Below, piece by piece: positions 18,145 to 27,142 of a DNA stretch of 64,000 nucleotides. A model generated the notes under the pieces. The model did no database searches, was not told where the DNA came from, and saw only the letters and a program-made list of their open reading frames with translations. Each line of letters opens with the position of its first letter. Position 1 is the stretch's first letter. Source of the DNA: Candidatus Altiarchaeota archaeon. GTDB lineage: Archaea; Altiarchaeota; Altiarchaeia; IMC4; SCGC-AAA252-I15. The stretch covers positions 36,764-100,763 of the forward strand of contig JAZDIN010000025.1 in assembly GCA_043804895.1 (NCBI GenBank), read 5' to 3'. Made by a program: the position numbers and the translations under genes.

Positions 18145-19250
18145 TCACCAATCAACTCATCGTATATTCCTTCAAGCTTCGCAGCCTGTTTTTTAATGTT
18201 AAACTCCGATTCAACATGCTTCCTCCCCTCCACACCCATCTTATCACATAGGTTGGTGTTATCTATAAGCCTGATCATTGCACTGCCAAGGCTCTTAATA
18301 TCCCTCTCCTCAACCACAATGCCCGTTTTACCCTCCAATACAAGCTCTGGTATCCCAGCGTGTCGTGTTGAGACAACTGGCATACCGGTTGCGGCGGCTT
18401 CCATAAGCACATTTGGTATCCCCTCCTTCTCTCCATCCGGTGTGGTGAATGATTGGAGCACGAAGATGTGGGATTTTAACATCTCTTCAATAACCTTATG
18501 ATGCGGTAAAGCGCCGAACAAATCAACATCGTCTAAGACACGGAGCTCCTTAGCCCTCCGTTCAATAACATCCCTGTAGGGGCCTTCGCCGACAATCTTC
18601 AGCCGCGTATTAGGGCGGCTCTCATGTACTTGTGCGAATGCCTCGACTGCGTCTTGGACGCCCTTGTTTTCCGCCAGTCTTGCCACTGTCAGAAATACAG
18701 TCCTATCTGATGGTTGCCTCTTCACGTATTGGAATTCATCCAAGTTTATCCCAGAGTGGTGGACCATTACCTTACCCTCAGGGCAGCCCATCCTGACAAG
18801 GTCCTTTTTCATGTCATACGAGCGAGCTAGGAAAATGTCCCCCTCCTTGAATAGCAGGTCGTACATTCCCGGCTTCCTTGACGGGAAAAGTGACGCATCA
18901 ATGCCCCTGAACGACGTAACAAGCGGGATAATATGCCTCCTCTTTAGGGAAAGCATTCTCAACCCGGTGGGGCCGTAATGGGCGTGCAAAAGCCTTACAT
19001 CCTCCCGCTCTATTACCTGTGAGAAGTGCGGGCACCCTAGGTGAAAATGCAGGTATGCGCCGTTAATGAGATAGCTTATGGGATTCAAGTCCGAAATGCT
19101 TCGCAAACCAGCGTAAGGGAAAGACTCCAGGTTCTTTTTTTGCGCGCAGAACACCAAAACCCTGTAAGATGTGATGCTAGTTATCTCGTTGTATATGAAT
19201 GTTTCCGTCAGCGGCAGGTACCTGAGCCTCACGTGCGCTATGGTCTCCAT
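18141..19250 (-). CDS. GT4-family glycosyltransferase
   Basis: C-terminal GEKEGIPNVLMEAAATGMPVVSTRHAGIPELVLEGKTG motif. Confidence 0.75.
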   Translation of the reverse strand: METIAHVRLRYLPLTETFIYNEITSITSYRVLVFCAQKKNLESFPYAGLRSISDLNPISYLINGAYLHFHLGCPHFSQVIEREDVRLLHAHYGPTGLRMLSLKRRHIIPLVTSFRGIDASLFPSRKPGMYDLLFKEGDIFLARSYDMKKDLVRMGCPEGKVMVHHSGINLDEFQYVKRQPSDRTVFLTVARLAENKGVQDAVEAFAQVHESRPNTRLKIVGEGPYRDVIERRAKELRVLDDVDLFGALPHHKVIEEMLKSHIFVLQSFTTPDGEKEGIPNVLMEAAATGMPVVSTRHAGIPELVLEGKTGIVVEERDIKSLGSAMIRLIDNTNLCDKMGVEGRKHVESEFNIKKQAAKLEGIYDELIGD

Positions 19251-19305
19251 CTTGGTTAACTATCCTCCGGATATTTTAAAAGGAGCGACTAAAGACTAAA
19301 CTGAC

Positions 19306-20082
19306 ATGAAAGTTGTTATACTCTGCGGTGGCCGCGGAACTCGGCTAAGGGAGGAGACAGAGTACAAGCCAAAGCCCCTGGTTGAGGTAGGCGGCAGGCC
19401 CCTACTCTGGCACCTAATGCACATCTATGCGAAATACGGGTTTAAAGAGTTTGTTCTGTGCCTCGGGTACAAGGGGAACTTGATCAAGGAGTATTTCCTT
19501 AATTACGATGCCATGAACAACGACTTCACAATACACCTTGGTGACCGGAAGGAGATTGCGGTGCACAGCATGCACCGCGAGCATGACTGGCGTGTAACCC
19601 TAGCTGACACCGACGAGGAGTCACTAACTGGCACAAGGATTAAGAAGATAGAAAAGTACATTGACAGCGACACGTTCATGTTAACATACGGAGATGGACT
19701 GGCAGACGTCGATATAAAAAAACTACTTGAATTCCACAAATCCCATGGGAAGATCGGGACCATCACTGGAGTGCACCCCTCATCACGCTTCGGTGAGATA
19801 CAAGCCGAGGGGGGCAGGGTATTGTCCTTCCACGAGAAACCAAGTTCATTCTCAGGGCTTATAAACGGCGGATTCTTCGTCTTCGATAAAAAGTTCTTCA
19901 GGTACCTAGACCTGGAAAAGAATCAAGCCCTAGAGGCAAAGCCCCTCGTTGAACTATCACGTGAGGGTGAGCTTATGGTCTTCAAGCATGAGGGGTTCTG
20001 GCAATGCATGGACACCTACCGGGAGGTCGAGATTCTGAACAACTTATGGAACTCTGGAAAACCTCCCTGGAAAATCTGGTGA
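19306..20082 (+). CDS. rfbF: glucose-1-phosphate cytidylyltransferase (RfbF/DdhA)
   Basis: MKVVILCGGRGTRLREETEYKPKPLVEVGGRPLLWHLMHIYAKYGFKEFVLCLGYKGNLIKEYFLNY is the characteristic RfbF N-terminus; 258 aa. Confidence 0.8.
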   Translation: MKVVILCGGRGTRLREETEYKPKPLVEVGGRPLLWHLMHIYAKYGFKEFVLCLGYKGNLIKEYFLNYDAMNNDFTIHLGDRKEIAVHSMHREHDWRVTLADTDEESLTGTRIKKIEKYIDSDTFMLTYGDGLADVDIKKLLEFHKSHGKIGTITGVHPSSRFGEIQAEGGRVLSFHEKPSSFSGLINGGFFVFDKKFFRYLDLEKNQALEAKPLVELSREGELMVFKHEGFWQCMDTYREVEILNNLWNSGKPPWKIW

Positions 20083-20135
20083 AATGCCTTTAACTTCTCT
20101 TTAAAACCCTTAACTGTTAAATAATTTAAAGTAAA

Positions 20136-21134
20136 ATGGATGACAGGTTTTGGAGGGACAGAAATGTCTTCGTGACCGGTTGCACTGGCTTCCTCGGGTC
20201 GTGGCTTACGAAAGCATTGGTTGATCGAGGGGCTAATGTCACCGGACTTATTCGTGACTGGATTCCAAAATCCAACCTGGTACTGACCGGATACAACGAA
20301 AAGGTTAGTGTCGTGAGGGGAGCGGTCGAGGATTATCCACTACTGGAAAGAACGCTGAACGAATATGAAATAGATACAGTATTCCACCTGGCAGCTCAGA
20401 CCATAGTAACAATAGCTAATAGGGGCCCGTTATCGACATTCGAGACCAACATAAAAGGAAGCTGGAGCCTGCTCGAGGCCAGTAGGAGGGCTCCTCTTGT
20501 CAGGCGCATCATATGCGCCTCAAGCGACAAGGCATACGGAAACCAGATACGGCTTCCCTACAGCGAGGACACACCTCTTGAGGGCAGGCATCCGTACGAC
20601 GTCTCCAAGAGTTGCGAAGACCTAATCGCTAGATCATACTTCGAGACCTACGGCCTCCCGGTCTGCGTCACAAGGTGCGGGAACTTCTTTGGCGGCGGGG
20701 ACTTGAATTTCAACAGGATCGTGCCCGGGACGATACGTTCTGTAAACTACGGTGAGAGGCCACTGATTCGAAGCGATGGAAAATCCACTAGGGATTACAT
20801 ATACATAGAGGACGCTGTAGAAGCCTATATGCTCTTGGCTGAGCGGATGGGCGACAAAAAAATCCACGGCGAGGCGTTAAACTTCAGCAACGAGAAGCCG
20901 ATGACAGTCAAAGGGCTGGTGGAAAGGATAATCAAGATTATGGGAAGTGACCTCAGACCGGTAATACTGGACGAGGCATCCAACGAGATACGGCACCAGT
21001 ACCTTTCTTCAAAAAAGGCGAGGAAAATTCTGAATTGGAAGCCACACTACGACTTTGAGGCGGGTATGAAAAGGACGATAGAATGGTATGTCGGATTCTT
21101 GAACGATGGGGTAGTCATCGGGGAGAAACACTGA
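20136..21134 (+). CDS. rfbG: CDP-glucose 4,6-dehydratase (RfbG/DdhB)
   Basis: [20 protein letters not shown], the SDR YxxxK region ...[11 protein letters not shown]..., about 330 aa; it lies adjacent to rfbF. Confidence 0.75.
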   Translation: MDDRFWRDRNVFVTGCTGFLGSWLTKALVDRGANVTGLIRDWIPKSNLVLTGYNEKVSVVRGAVEDYPLLERTLNEYEIDTVFHLAAQTIVTIANRGPLSTFETNIKGSWSLLEASRRAPLVRRIICASSDKAYGNQIRLPYSEDTPLEGRHPYDVSKSCEDLIARSYFETYGLPVCVTRCGNFFGGGDLNFNRIVPGTIRSVNYGERPLIRSDGKSTRDYIYIEDAVEAYMLLAERMGDKKIHGEALNFSNEKPMTVKGLVERIIKIMGSDLRPVILDEASNEIRHQYLSSKKARKILNWKPHYDFEAGMKRTIEWYVGFLNDGVVIGEKH

Positions 21135-21213
21135 TGGACGAATGACTGTCCTCGCACGAAGACAACCCCCGGGAAGAATATTAAGGGATAATATACAAGT
21201 GTTGTGAAAGAAG

Positions 21214-22434
21214 ATGATTAAAGTTAAAAGGCGGGAGACGTGTCGCATCTGTGGTTGCCATGACATGCGTAAGGTAATTAATTTTCCTGAATGCCCCCTA
21301 GTTGAGGATTTCAGGACAAAAAAGGATGTGGGTGGTGAATTCCTCTATCCTCTAACCATTTACGTGTGCGAAAGATGTAAGCAGATACAGACACTACACG
21401 ATGTGGATGTGAGCGGCTACTATAAGGGTTTCATATACTCCGTCGCAAGTTCGCCTTTCGCCAGACAGTTCATGAAGAATTTAGCAGGCTCACTCTTTGA
21501 GAGATACAACCTGAAGAAGGGAGCGTCCGTCCTTGAGATAGGCAGCGGTGACGGTTTCCAGTTGTCTTGCTTCCAAGACATTGGGGCTAGGGTGTACGGT
21601 ATAGAACCCTCCAAGCCTCTTGTTGATATAAGCTTGGAAAGGGGGGTCCCAGTCATACAAGCGCTTTTCTCCAATGATGTCCTTGACAGAATACCCAAAG
21701 AACTCTTCCCATTTCAGGTGGTCCTTCTGACCTACACATTCGACCACCTTACTGACCCCTTATCCTTCCTTGTCTCAATAAGAGATTTCATAGACCAGAA
21801 GAAGGGTCTTCTGGTACTTGAGGTGCACGATCTTCCGAAGATAATGGAACGAAGAGAGTACTGCCTTTTCGGTCACGAGCACCCATGCTATTTCAGCGTT
21901 GACACAATACGCAACGTCCTTGTTGAGGGTGGGTTCGAGCTTGTTGACTGCGAACTTCTACCTGAAAGCCAAAGACGCGGGAACTCGTTGCTTGTCGTGG
22001 CAAAGCCTGCCGCTGACCCACAAAAAACCCCGAAACACCTAATCTATCCCAAATTACAACGACTAGAAGCCTATGATGCGTTCGGGCATCAGGTGGAGAA
22101 TAGCCTGTACAATTTTAGAAACCAGGTAATCGAAGATAAAAAAATAGGCACAACGTTCGCTGGATATGGGGCTGGAGGAAGGGGGGTTCTTACCCTGGCG
22201 ATGACGGGTCTTAAGTCAGATGATATAGGATACCTATGCGACAAGAATGAGAAATTCTACGGGTACTACACTCCCAAGTCACATGTGCCGATAGTGCCGC
22301 TTGAACACGCGCTTGAGAACATGGTCGATAAAATGATCGTGTTTTCATACGGATACATGAAGGACATATCACAAGACATGTCAGGATTTACAAAAAGCGG
22401 GGGCATTCTGATACCCCTGCTGGAGCTACTCTAA
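21214..22434 (+). CDS. NDP-hexose C-methyltransferase (TylC3/EryBIII-type: N-terminal Zn ribbon + class I MTase + C-terminal C-methyltransferase domain)
   Basis: CRICGCHDM...CERCKQIQ zinc ribbon; LEIGSGDGFQ SAM motif; a roughly 150-aa C-terminal domain typical of sugar C-3 methyltransferases. Confidence 0.6.
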   Translation: MIKVKRRETCRICGCHDMRKVINFPECPLVEDFRTKKDVGGEFLYPLTIYVCERCKQIQTLHDVDVSGYYKGFIYSVASSPFARQFMKNLAGSLFERYNLKKGASVLEIGSGDGFQLSCFQDIGARVYGIEPSKPLVDISLERGVPVIQALFSNDVLDRIPKELFPFQVVLLTYTFDHLTDPLSFLVSIRDFIDQKKGLLVLEVHDLPKIMERREYCLFGHEHPCYFSVDTIRNVLVEGGFELVDCELLPESQRRGNSLLVVAKPAADPQKTPKHLIYPKLQRLEAYDAFGHQVENSLYNFRNQVIEDKKIGTTFAGYGAGGRGVLTLAMTGLKSDDIGYLCDKNEKFYGYYTPKSHVPIVPLEHALENMVDKMIVFSYGYMKDISQDMSGFTKSGGILIPLLELL

Positions 22435-22435
22435 C

Positions 22436-23365
22436 ATGCGTGCTCTGATCAGCGGCGGAACAGGTTTTGTGGGCTCTCATCTGGTTCGCCGACTGGTCGG
22501 TGACGGATGGGATGTCTCGATTCTGGTCAGACGGGAAAGCGATACTTGGAGGATAAAGGATGTCCTGCGTGACGTTGCCGTCGTATATGGGGACCTGAGG
22601 AAACTAAGCGACTGCGAAGAGAAGATAAAATCGCTGAAACCTGAAGCACTCTTCCATCTTGCATGGCATGGCGCGGGCTCTAACAAGGATGCTAACAACA
22701 TTGGACAGGTGTTCGACAACATCGATGGGAGCCTTAAGCTTGTGAAGGCTTGCGGTGAAACTGGATGCAGCTGCATGGTTGGGCTAGGTTCGGTCCTTGA
22801 GTACGGTAACTACAGCATCCCCGTCAAAGAGGATGGTATAGCCACCCCAAAGACGCTATACGGAACAGCCAAATATGCAACAGGAGTTATCGCAGAGCGT
22901 TTATGTGCGCAATACGATATGAGATTCTCCTGGCTTAGGCTATTCTGGTCATACGGCCCAGCTGACATTGAGACCCGTATGATACCCTACGTGATAACGA
23001 GACTCCTTAAGGGTGAGACCCCCTCTCTGACTGAGGGGAGGCAGAAGTGGGACTACATCTATATTGACGACGCTGTGAACGCAGTGATTTCTGCAGCGGA
23101 AAATCAGAAGGCAAATGGATTCTTCAATCTCGGCTCTGGACAGGCTTATACAGTACGTCACGTCGCGGAAAAGGCAAGGGATCTCATTAACCCGAATCTG
23201 AAGCTTGGTTTGGGAAAGATACCCTACGCTCCCGGCCAGATTATGCACCTTGAGGCTGATATAAACTCCCTACGAACCGCGACAGGATGGAGTCCAAAAG
23301 TTGAGCTTGCCGATGGTTTGGCATCGACAATCTCATGGTATAAAAAACATATGGTGCGTTCATGA
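22436..23365 (+). CDS. NAD(P)-dependent SDR epimerase/reductase (CDP-sugar 4-reductase/epimerase, RfbS/RfbJ-like)
   Basis: MRALISGGTGFVGSHLVRRL Rossmann motif; YGTAKYATG (YxxxK); 309 aa. Confidence 0.6.
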   Translation: MRALISGGTGFVGSHLVRRLVGDGWDVSILVRRESDTWRIKDVLRDVAVVYGDLRKLSDCEEKIKSLKPEALFHLAWHGAGSNKDANNIGQVFDNIDGSLKLVKACGETGCSCMVGLGSVLEYGNYSIPVKEDGIATPKTLYGTAKYATGVIAERLCAQYDMRFSWLRLFWSYGPADIETRMIPYVITRLLKGETPSLTEGRQKWDYIYIDDAVNAVISAAENQKANGFFNLGSGQAYTVRHVAEKARDLINPNLKLGLGKIPYAPGQIMHLEADINSLRTATGWSPKVELADGLASTISWYKKHMVRS

Positions 23366-24219
23366 GCCTTAAGAGGAAGTCGTGTGACTCAAAAGCACTA
23401 GCCACGAGAGTGCGCGCGCATGCGCTCAACATGACACATAACGCCCGCGCCTCACACATCGGTTCGTCCCTTTCAGTCGCTGACATACTTACGGTACTTT
23501 ACAGCAGAATACTCCGCATCGACCCGGCCAGACCAGACTGGCCCATGCGTGACAGGTTCATACTAAGCAAGGGACATGCTGCCGCAGCACTTTACGCAGT
23601 GCTTTCAGAGTCAGGATTCCTTCAGAAAAACTCCCTGAAGACCTACTGCCAGGATGACTCGGCGCTTGGCGGCCACGCATCAATGAAGGTTTCGGGTGTA
23701 GACTTTTCAACTGGTTCACTTGGACACGGTCTTGCGATAGGATCTGGGATGGCTCTTGCAGCCAAGCGGGATCGCTGCAGATACAGGGTTTTCGTTCTTT
23801 TAAGCGATGGCGAATGTAATGAGGGTTCAATCTGGGAGGCAGCAATGTTCGCTGCACACCACAGGTTGGATAATCTGACCGCTATTATAGACTATAACAA
23901 ACTGCAGGCGTTTGGCCGAGTTGAGGATGTACTTGACCTTGAGCCTCTCGCTGAGAAATGGAAGTCCTTCGGATGGTCAACCCAAGAGATTGATGGCCAC
24001 AATCACGTTAAGATAGAAGGCGCTCTGAGTCGCGTTCCTCTCAAATCAGGTAAACCAAGCTGTATAATAGCGCACACAGTTAAAGGCAAGGGTGTCTCTT
24101 TCATGGAAGACCAACTTGACTGGCATTACAAGTCGCCTGACATAAAACAACTAACCTCAGCACTCATCGAGCTTGGGGTACCCAATAATGATCTCCCACC
24201 TTGGGGACAACGAAGATGA
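23362..24219 (+). CDS. transketolase, N-terminal (thiamine-diphosphate-binding) subunit
   Basis: HIGSSLSVADILTVLY, GHAAAALYA, ...LSDGECNEGSIWEAAMFAAHH...: the split-transketolase N subunit. Confidence 0.8.
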   Translation: MSLKRKSCDSKALATRVRAHALNMTHNARASHIGSSLSVADILTVLYSRILRIDPARPDWPMRDRFILSKGHAAAALYAVLSESGFLQKNSLKTYCQDDSALGGHASMKVSGVDFSTGSLGHGLAIGSGMALAAKRDRCRYRVFVLLSDGECNEGSIWEAAMFAAHHRLDNLTAIIDYNKLQAFGRVEDVLDLEPLAEKWKSFGWSTQEIDGHNHVKIEGALSRVPLKSGKPSCIIAHTVKGKGVSFMEDQLDWHYKSPDIKQLTSALIELGVPNNDLPPWGQRR

Positions 24220-24225
24220 AAAAAC

Positions 24226-25446
24226 ATGAACCAAAAACTTAACTCAAAAAAGGCTACAAGAGTGTACATGTGGCAGAATGGGCTTTGCATAACCTACTTG
24301 TTGATTTTCAGAAAGTTCCAGGAATTCCTTAAGGCGAATGGCTGGGAAATAGTCAACAAACCCGCCGATGCCGAGTGGATAGTGACCGGGGCATGCGGCA
24401 GCTTCCTACCAGTGATAGACGACTACCTCAGGCACATCGAGTCCTACCTCCGCGGAGGTAAGAAGGTCTTAGTATACGGCTGCCTGCCAAAAATTACTCC
24501 GGAAAGATACCATGAGTACGAAAAAAGGGCGAATCTTCTAATACCTCCGGAAAGGCCAGAGCTTATAGAGGAACTTATCCCAAATGCTAGGGTCAGATGG
24601 TCTGACATCCCAAACAATGGAGAGTTCAGGAGAGAAGACTACCGGAACTACGACCCCACGAGGAAGTATGTCCTAATACAATACGGTTGTAGCATAGAGT
24701 GCACATACTGCCCTCACGTGAAGGGTATAGGCAAGAACGTCAGCAGGTCTAAAAAGGAAGTGATAAATGAGGTCAATTCTATGCTAAACAACGGGGCCAA
24801 GACCATATTCCTTGAAGGCAGAGACATAGGGTCCTGGGGTATCGATCTCAAACAGCAAGACTCCTTCCCCAGCATTCTAGAGGAAATACTAACTCTGCCA
24901 GGCAACTTCGACGTCTACGTAAACCAATTTGGAGCTAACTGGGCAGTACACTACGGGAAAAGGCTATTCGAACTTTTTGAGAACCCGAAGATAAGGGACG
25001 TGCACATACCCATTCAGACGACAAGTGAACGGCTGTTGACGCTCATGGGACGTAACCCAAATGTTAAAAAACTCAGCCCACTCCTTAAGTCTTTGAGGGT
25101 GAACAGACCCAACCTCATGCTCAGGACCGACCTGATAATAGGTTTCCCGACCGAGACAGAGGAGGAACTCAATGACACCCTAGAGTTCGTAAAGGAACAT
25201 TTTGATGAGGTCGCATGTCACGGTCTCGAGCTTCACCCTAACACCAAACTCATGGAGATGAAGCTGCCCTTCTTCGACCAATCCTTAATCGAAGAGCGCG
25301 TAGAACGCGCGAGAAAATACCTTGAGGAAAGCGGTGTGGTGGCCCACCGCGGAGGCCAGGTCTTCAAGACTATGGTCAAGCGTGAGAGGGTGATGAAAAA
25401 GAAGAGGGGGAGGACACATCTGTCAAGGGGTGGCATTAAGAAATGA
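24226..25446 (+). CDS. radical SAM enzyme, MiaB/RimO-like (MTTase-type N-terminal domain + CxxxCxxC core)
   Basis: YGCSIECTYCPH is a radical-SAM cluster motif. An N-terminal region of about 130 aa with conserved Cys resembles the MTTase N-domain. No TRAM domain. Confidence 0.5.
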   Translation: MNQKLNSKKATRVYMWQNGLCITYLLIFRKFQEFLKANGWEIVNKPADAEWIVTGACGSFLPVIDDYLRHIESYLRGGKKVLVYGCLPKITPERYHEYEKRANLLIPPERPELIEELIPNARVRWSDIPNNGEFRREDYRNYDPTRKYVLIQYGCSIECTYCPHVKGIGKNVSRSKKEVINEVNSMLNNGAKTIFLEGRDIGSWGIDLKQQDSFPSILEEILTLPGNFDVYVNQFGANWAVHYGKRLFELFENPKIRDVHIPIQTTSERLLTLMGRNPNVKKLSPLLKSLRVNRPNLMLRTDLIIGFPTETEEELNDTLEFVKEHFDEVACHGLELHPNTKLMEMKLPFFDQSLIEERVERARKYLEESGVVAHRGGQVFKTMVKRERVMKKKRGRTHLSRGGIKK

Positions 25447-26357
25447 GGCCCACATTTGCCAACACTCTTTACGACCTAGCTAAACGAGACAAAGGGGTCT
25501 ACCTACTCACATCGGACGTAGGCTACTCAGTCTTCGAGAGGTTCATCGACGACCTACCCAAACAATACGTCAACGTCGGCATAGCTGAAGCCAATATGAT
25601 TGGCATTTCCGCGGGCCTCGCGTCTTCTGGAAAGAAGGTTTTCGCCTACTCAATGTCGCATTTCCTAACCCTCCGGTGTTACGAGCAGATAAAACTTGAC
25701 CTATGTTACCCAAAGCTCAACGTCAAGTTAATAGGTTCAGGAGGCGGTTTGACTTACGGCTCGCAGGGGCCAACTCACCAGTCGAATGAAGACATCTCGA
25801 TAATGCGTTCCCTACCCAACATGTGCGTCATTTGCCCAGGAGATCCTATTGAGACAGGGTATGCAGTGAGAGAGGCGTTGAAACGAGGCGGACCTGTCTA
25901 CATAAGGCTCAGTAAAAAAGATCCGATTGTGCACGCATCTGATGACATAGACTTCCGGATTGGTAAGGGCATCATCCTGAATAATGGTTCAGACCTTACA
26001 CTCATATCTACTGGCAACATGCTAGCTACGGCAAAGGAAGTGTGCGAGAGGTTTCAAGCCGATGGAAAAAAGGTGTGTCTTGTGAGCATGCACACTATCA
26101 AACCTCTTGACATTAGGTTGGTCAAGGAACTTGCTGAGACAGGCAGACCGATGTTTTCGCTTGAAGAGCACAGCTTAGTGGGTGGATTGGGAGGTGCAAT
26201 CTCAGAAGTTCTTGCGGAACTAGACTGCAAGGTCCCATTCCGGCGGATAGCCCTACCAGATGGTTTCTGCAACGTTATCGGAAGCCAAACCCACCTGCGG
26301 AGGAGTTACGGGCTAGACCCGGATAGTGTTTACAGGACTATCAGAGATATCCTATAA
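25443..26357 (+). CDS. transketolase, C-terminal (pyrimidine-binding/C-terminal) subunit
   Basis: FIDDLPKQYVNVGIAEANMIGISAGLA... is a transketolase C-subunit signature. Confidence 0.8.
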   Translation: MRPTFANTLYDLAKRDKGVYLLTSDVGYSVFERFIDDLPKQYVNVGIAEANMIGISAGLASSGKKVFAYSMSHFLTLRCYEQIKLDLCYPKLNVKLIGSGGGLTYGSQGPTHQSNEDISIMRSLPNMCVICPGDPIETGYAVREALKRGGPVYIRLSKKDPIVHASDDIDFRIGKGIILNNGSDLTLISTGNMLATAKEVCERFQADGKKVCLVSMHTIKPLDIRLVKELAETGRPMFSLEEHSLVGGLGGAISEVLAELDCKVPFRRIALPDGFCNVIGSQTHLRRSYGLDPDSVYRTIRDIL

Positions 26358-26393
26358 TCAAAAGTTATTAAGGGGGGGCACAGAATCTATACC

Positions 26394-27116
26394 ATGCCAG
26401 AAAGTGGATTCAAAGGTCCGATATTCTCGATAATCATCCCCTCATACAACGAAGAGGAAACATTGCCAATATCGATTCCCGATTTATTAAAGCATCTTGG
26501 AGAGGCGGAAATATCAGATTTTGAGCTCTTGATAGTAGATAATGGCTCCTTTGACAAAACAGGTGACGTAATACGCGAGCTAATGGGAAAAGACAGGAGG
26601 ATAAGGTCCGTAAGGGTTCCTTTCAACCAGGGGTGGGGGTTAGGCGTGATGTCAGGGTGCTCTCAGGCGTTGGGCAGGTACGTCGTGTATATGTGCGCGG
26701 ACCTGCAGGTGCCTCACAAAGCCCTGGTTGAGGTGTGCGAGAGGATTGCCAGGGAAGACTCTGACAAAGTTATCGTCAAGGTGAATAGGGTTGTTAGGGA
26801 TGACGGGGTAGCCAGGGGGATATCATCCAACCTCTACAACCTTTTTATTAACCTCATGTTCCTTGGGGTTTCACCAGACGTTAACGGCACACCCAAGGCA
26901 CTTTCCCTGAAGTTGTGGAGGCAGCTTGACGTGAGGAACAGGGGTTCGTTTACTGACACTGAGGTCTTGATTAAGGCTAAGAGGGCTAATGCGAGGATTA
27001 TCGAGATAGAAACAGTTTCAGTTAAGAGGATATGTGGTTCGTCCACTGTTAGGATATCCCAACTTCCTTTTGAGATGTTTTTTGACGCCATCAAATTCAG
27101 GCTAAACATTACCTAG
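26394..27116 (+). CDS. GT2-family glycosyltransferase (Dpm1-like)
   Basis: FSIIIPSYNEEETLP...LLIVDNGSFDKTGDV is a GT-A DxD-type N-terminus. Confidence 0.7.
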   Translation: MPESGFKGPIFSIIIPSYNEEETLPISIPDLLKHLGEAEISDFELLIVDNGSFDKTGDVIRELMGKDRRIRSVRVPFNQGWGLGVMSGCSQALGRYVVYMCADLQVPHKALVEVCERIAREDSDKVIVKVNRVVRDDGVARGISSNLYNLFINLMFLGVSPDVNGTPKALSLKLWRQLDVRNRGSFTDTEVLIKAKRANARIIEIETVSVKRICGSSTVRISQLPFEMFFDAIKFRLNIT

Positions 27117-27142
27117 ATGTCATAGACTGACTTGATGTCAAT

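Noticed and set aside
24226-25446. Interpreting the MiaB-like radical SAM as a tRNA methylthiotransferase
   Set aside because: It has no C-terminal TRAM domain, and it is translationally coupled between the two transketolase subunit genes inside a sugar cluster. A sugar-modifying role is favoured, though not proven.
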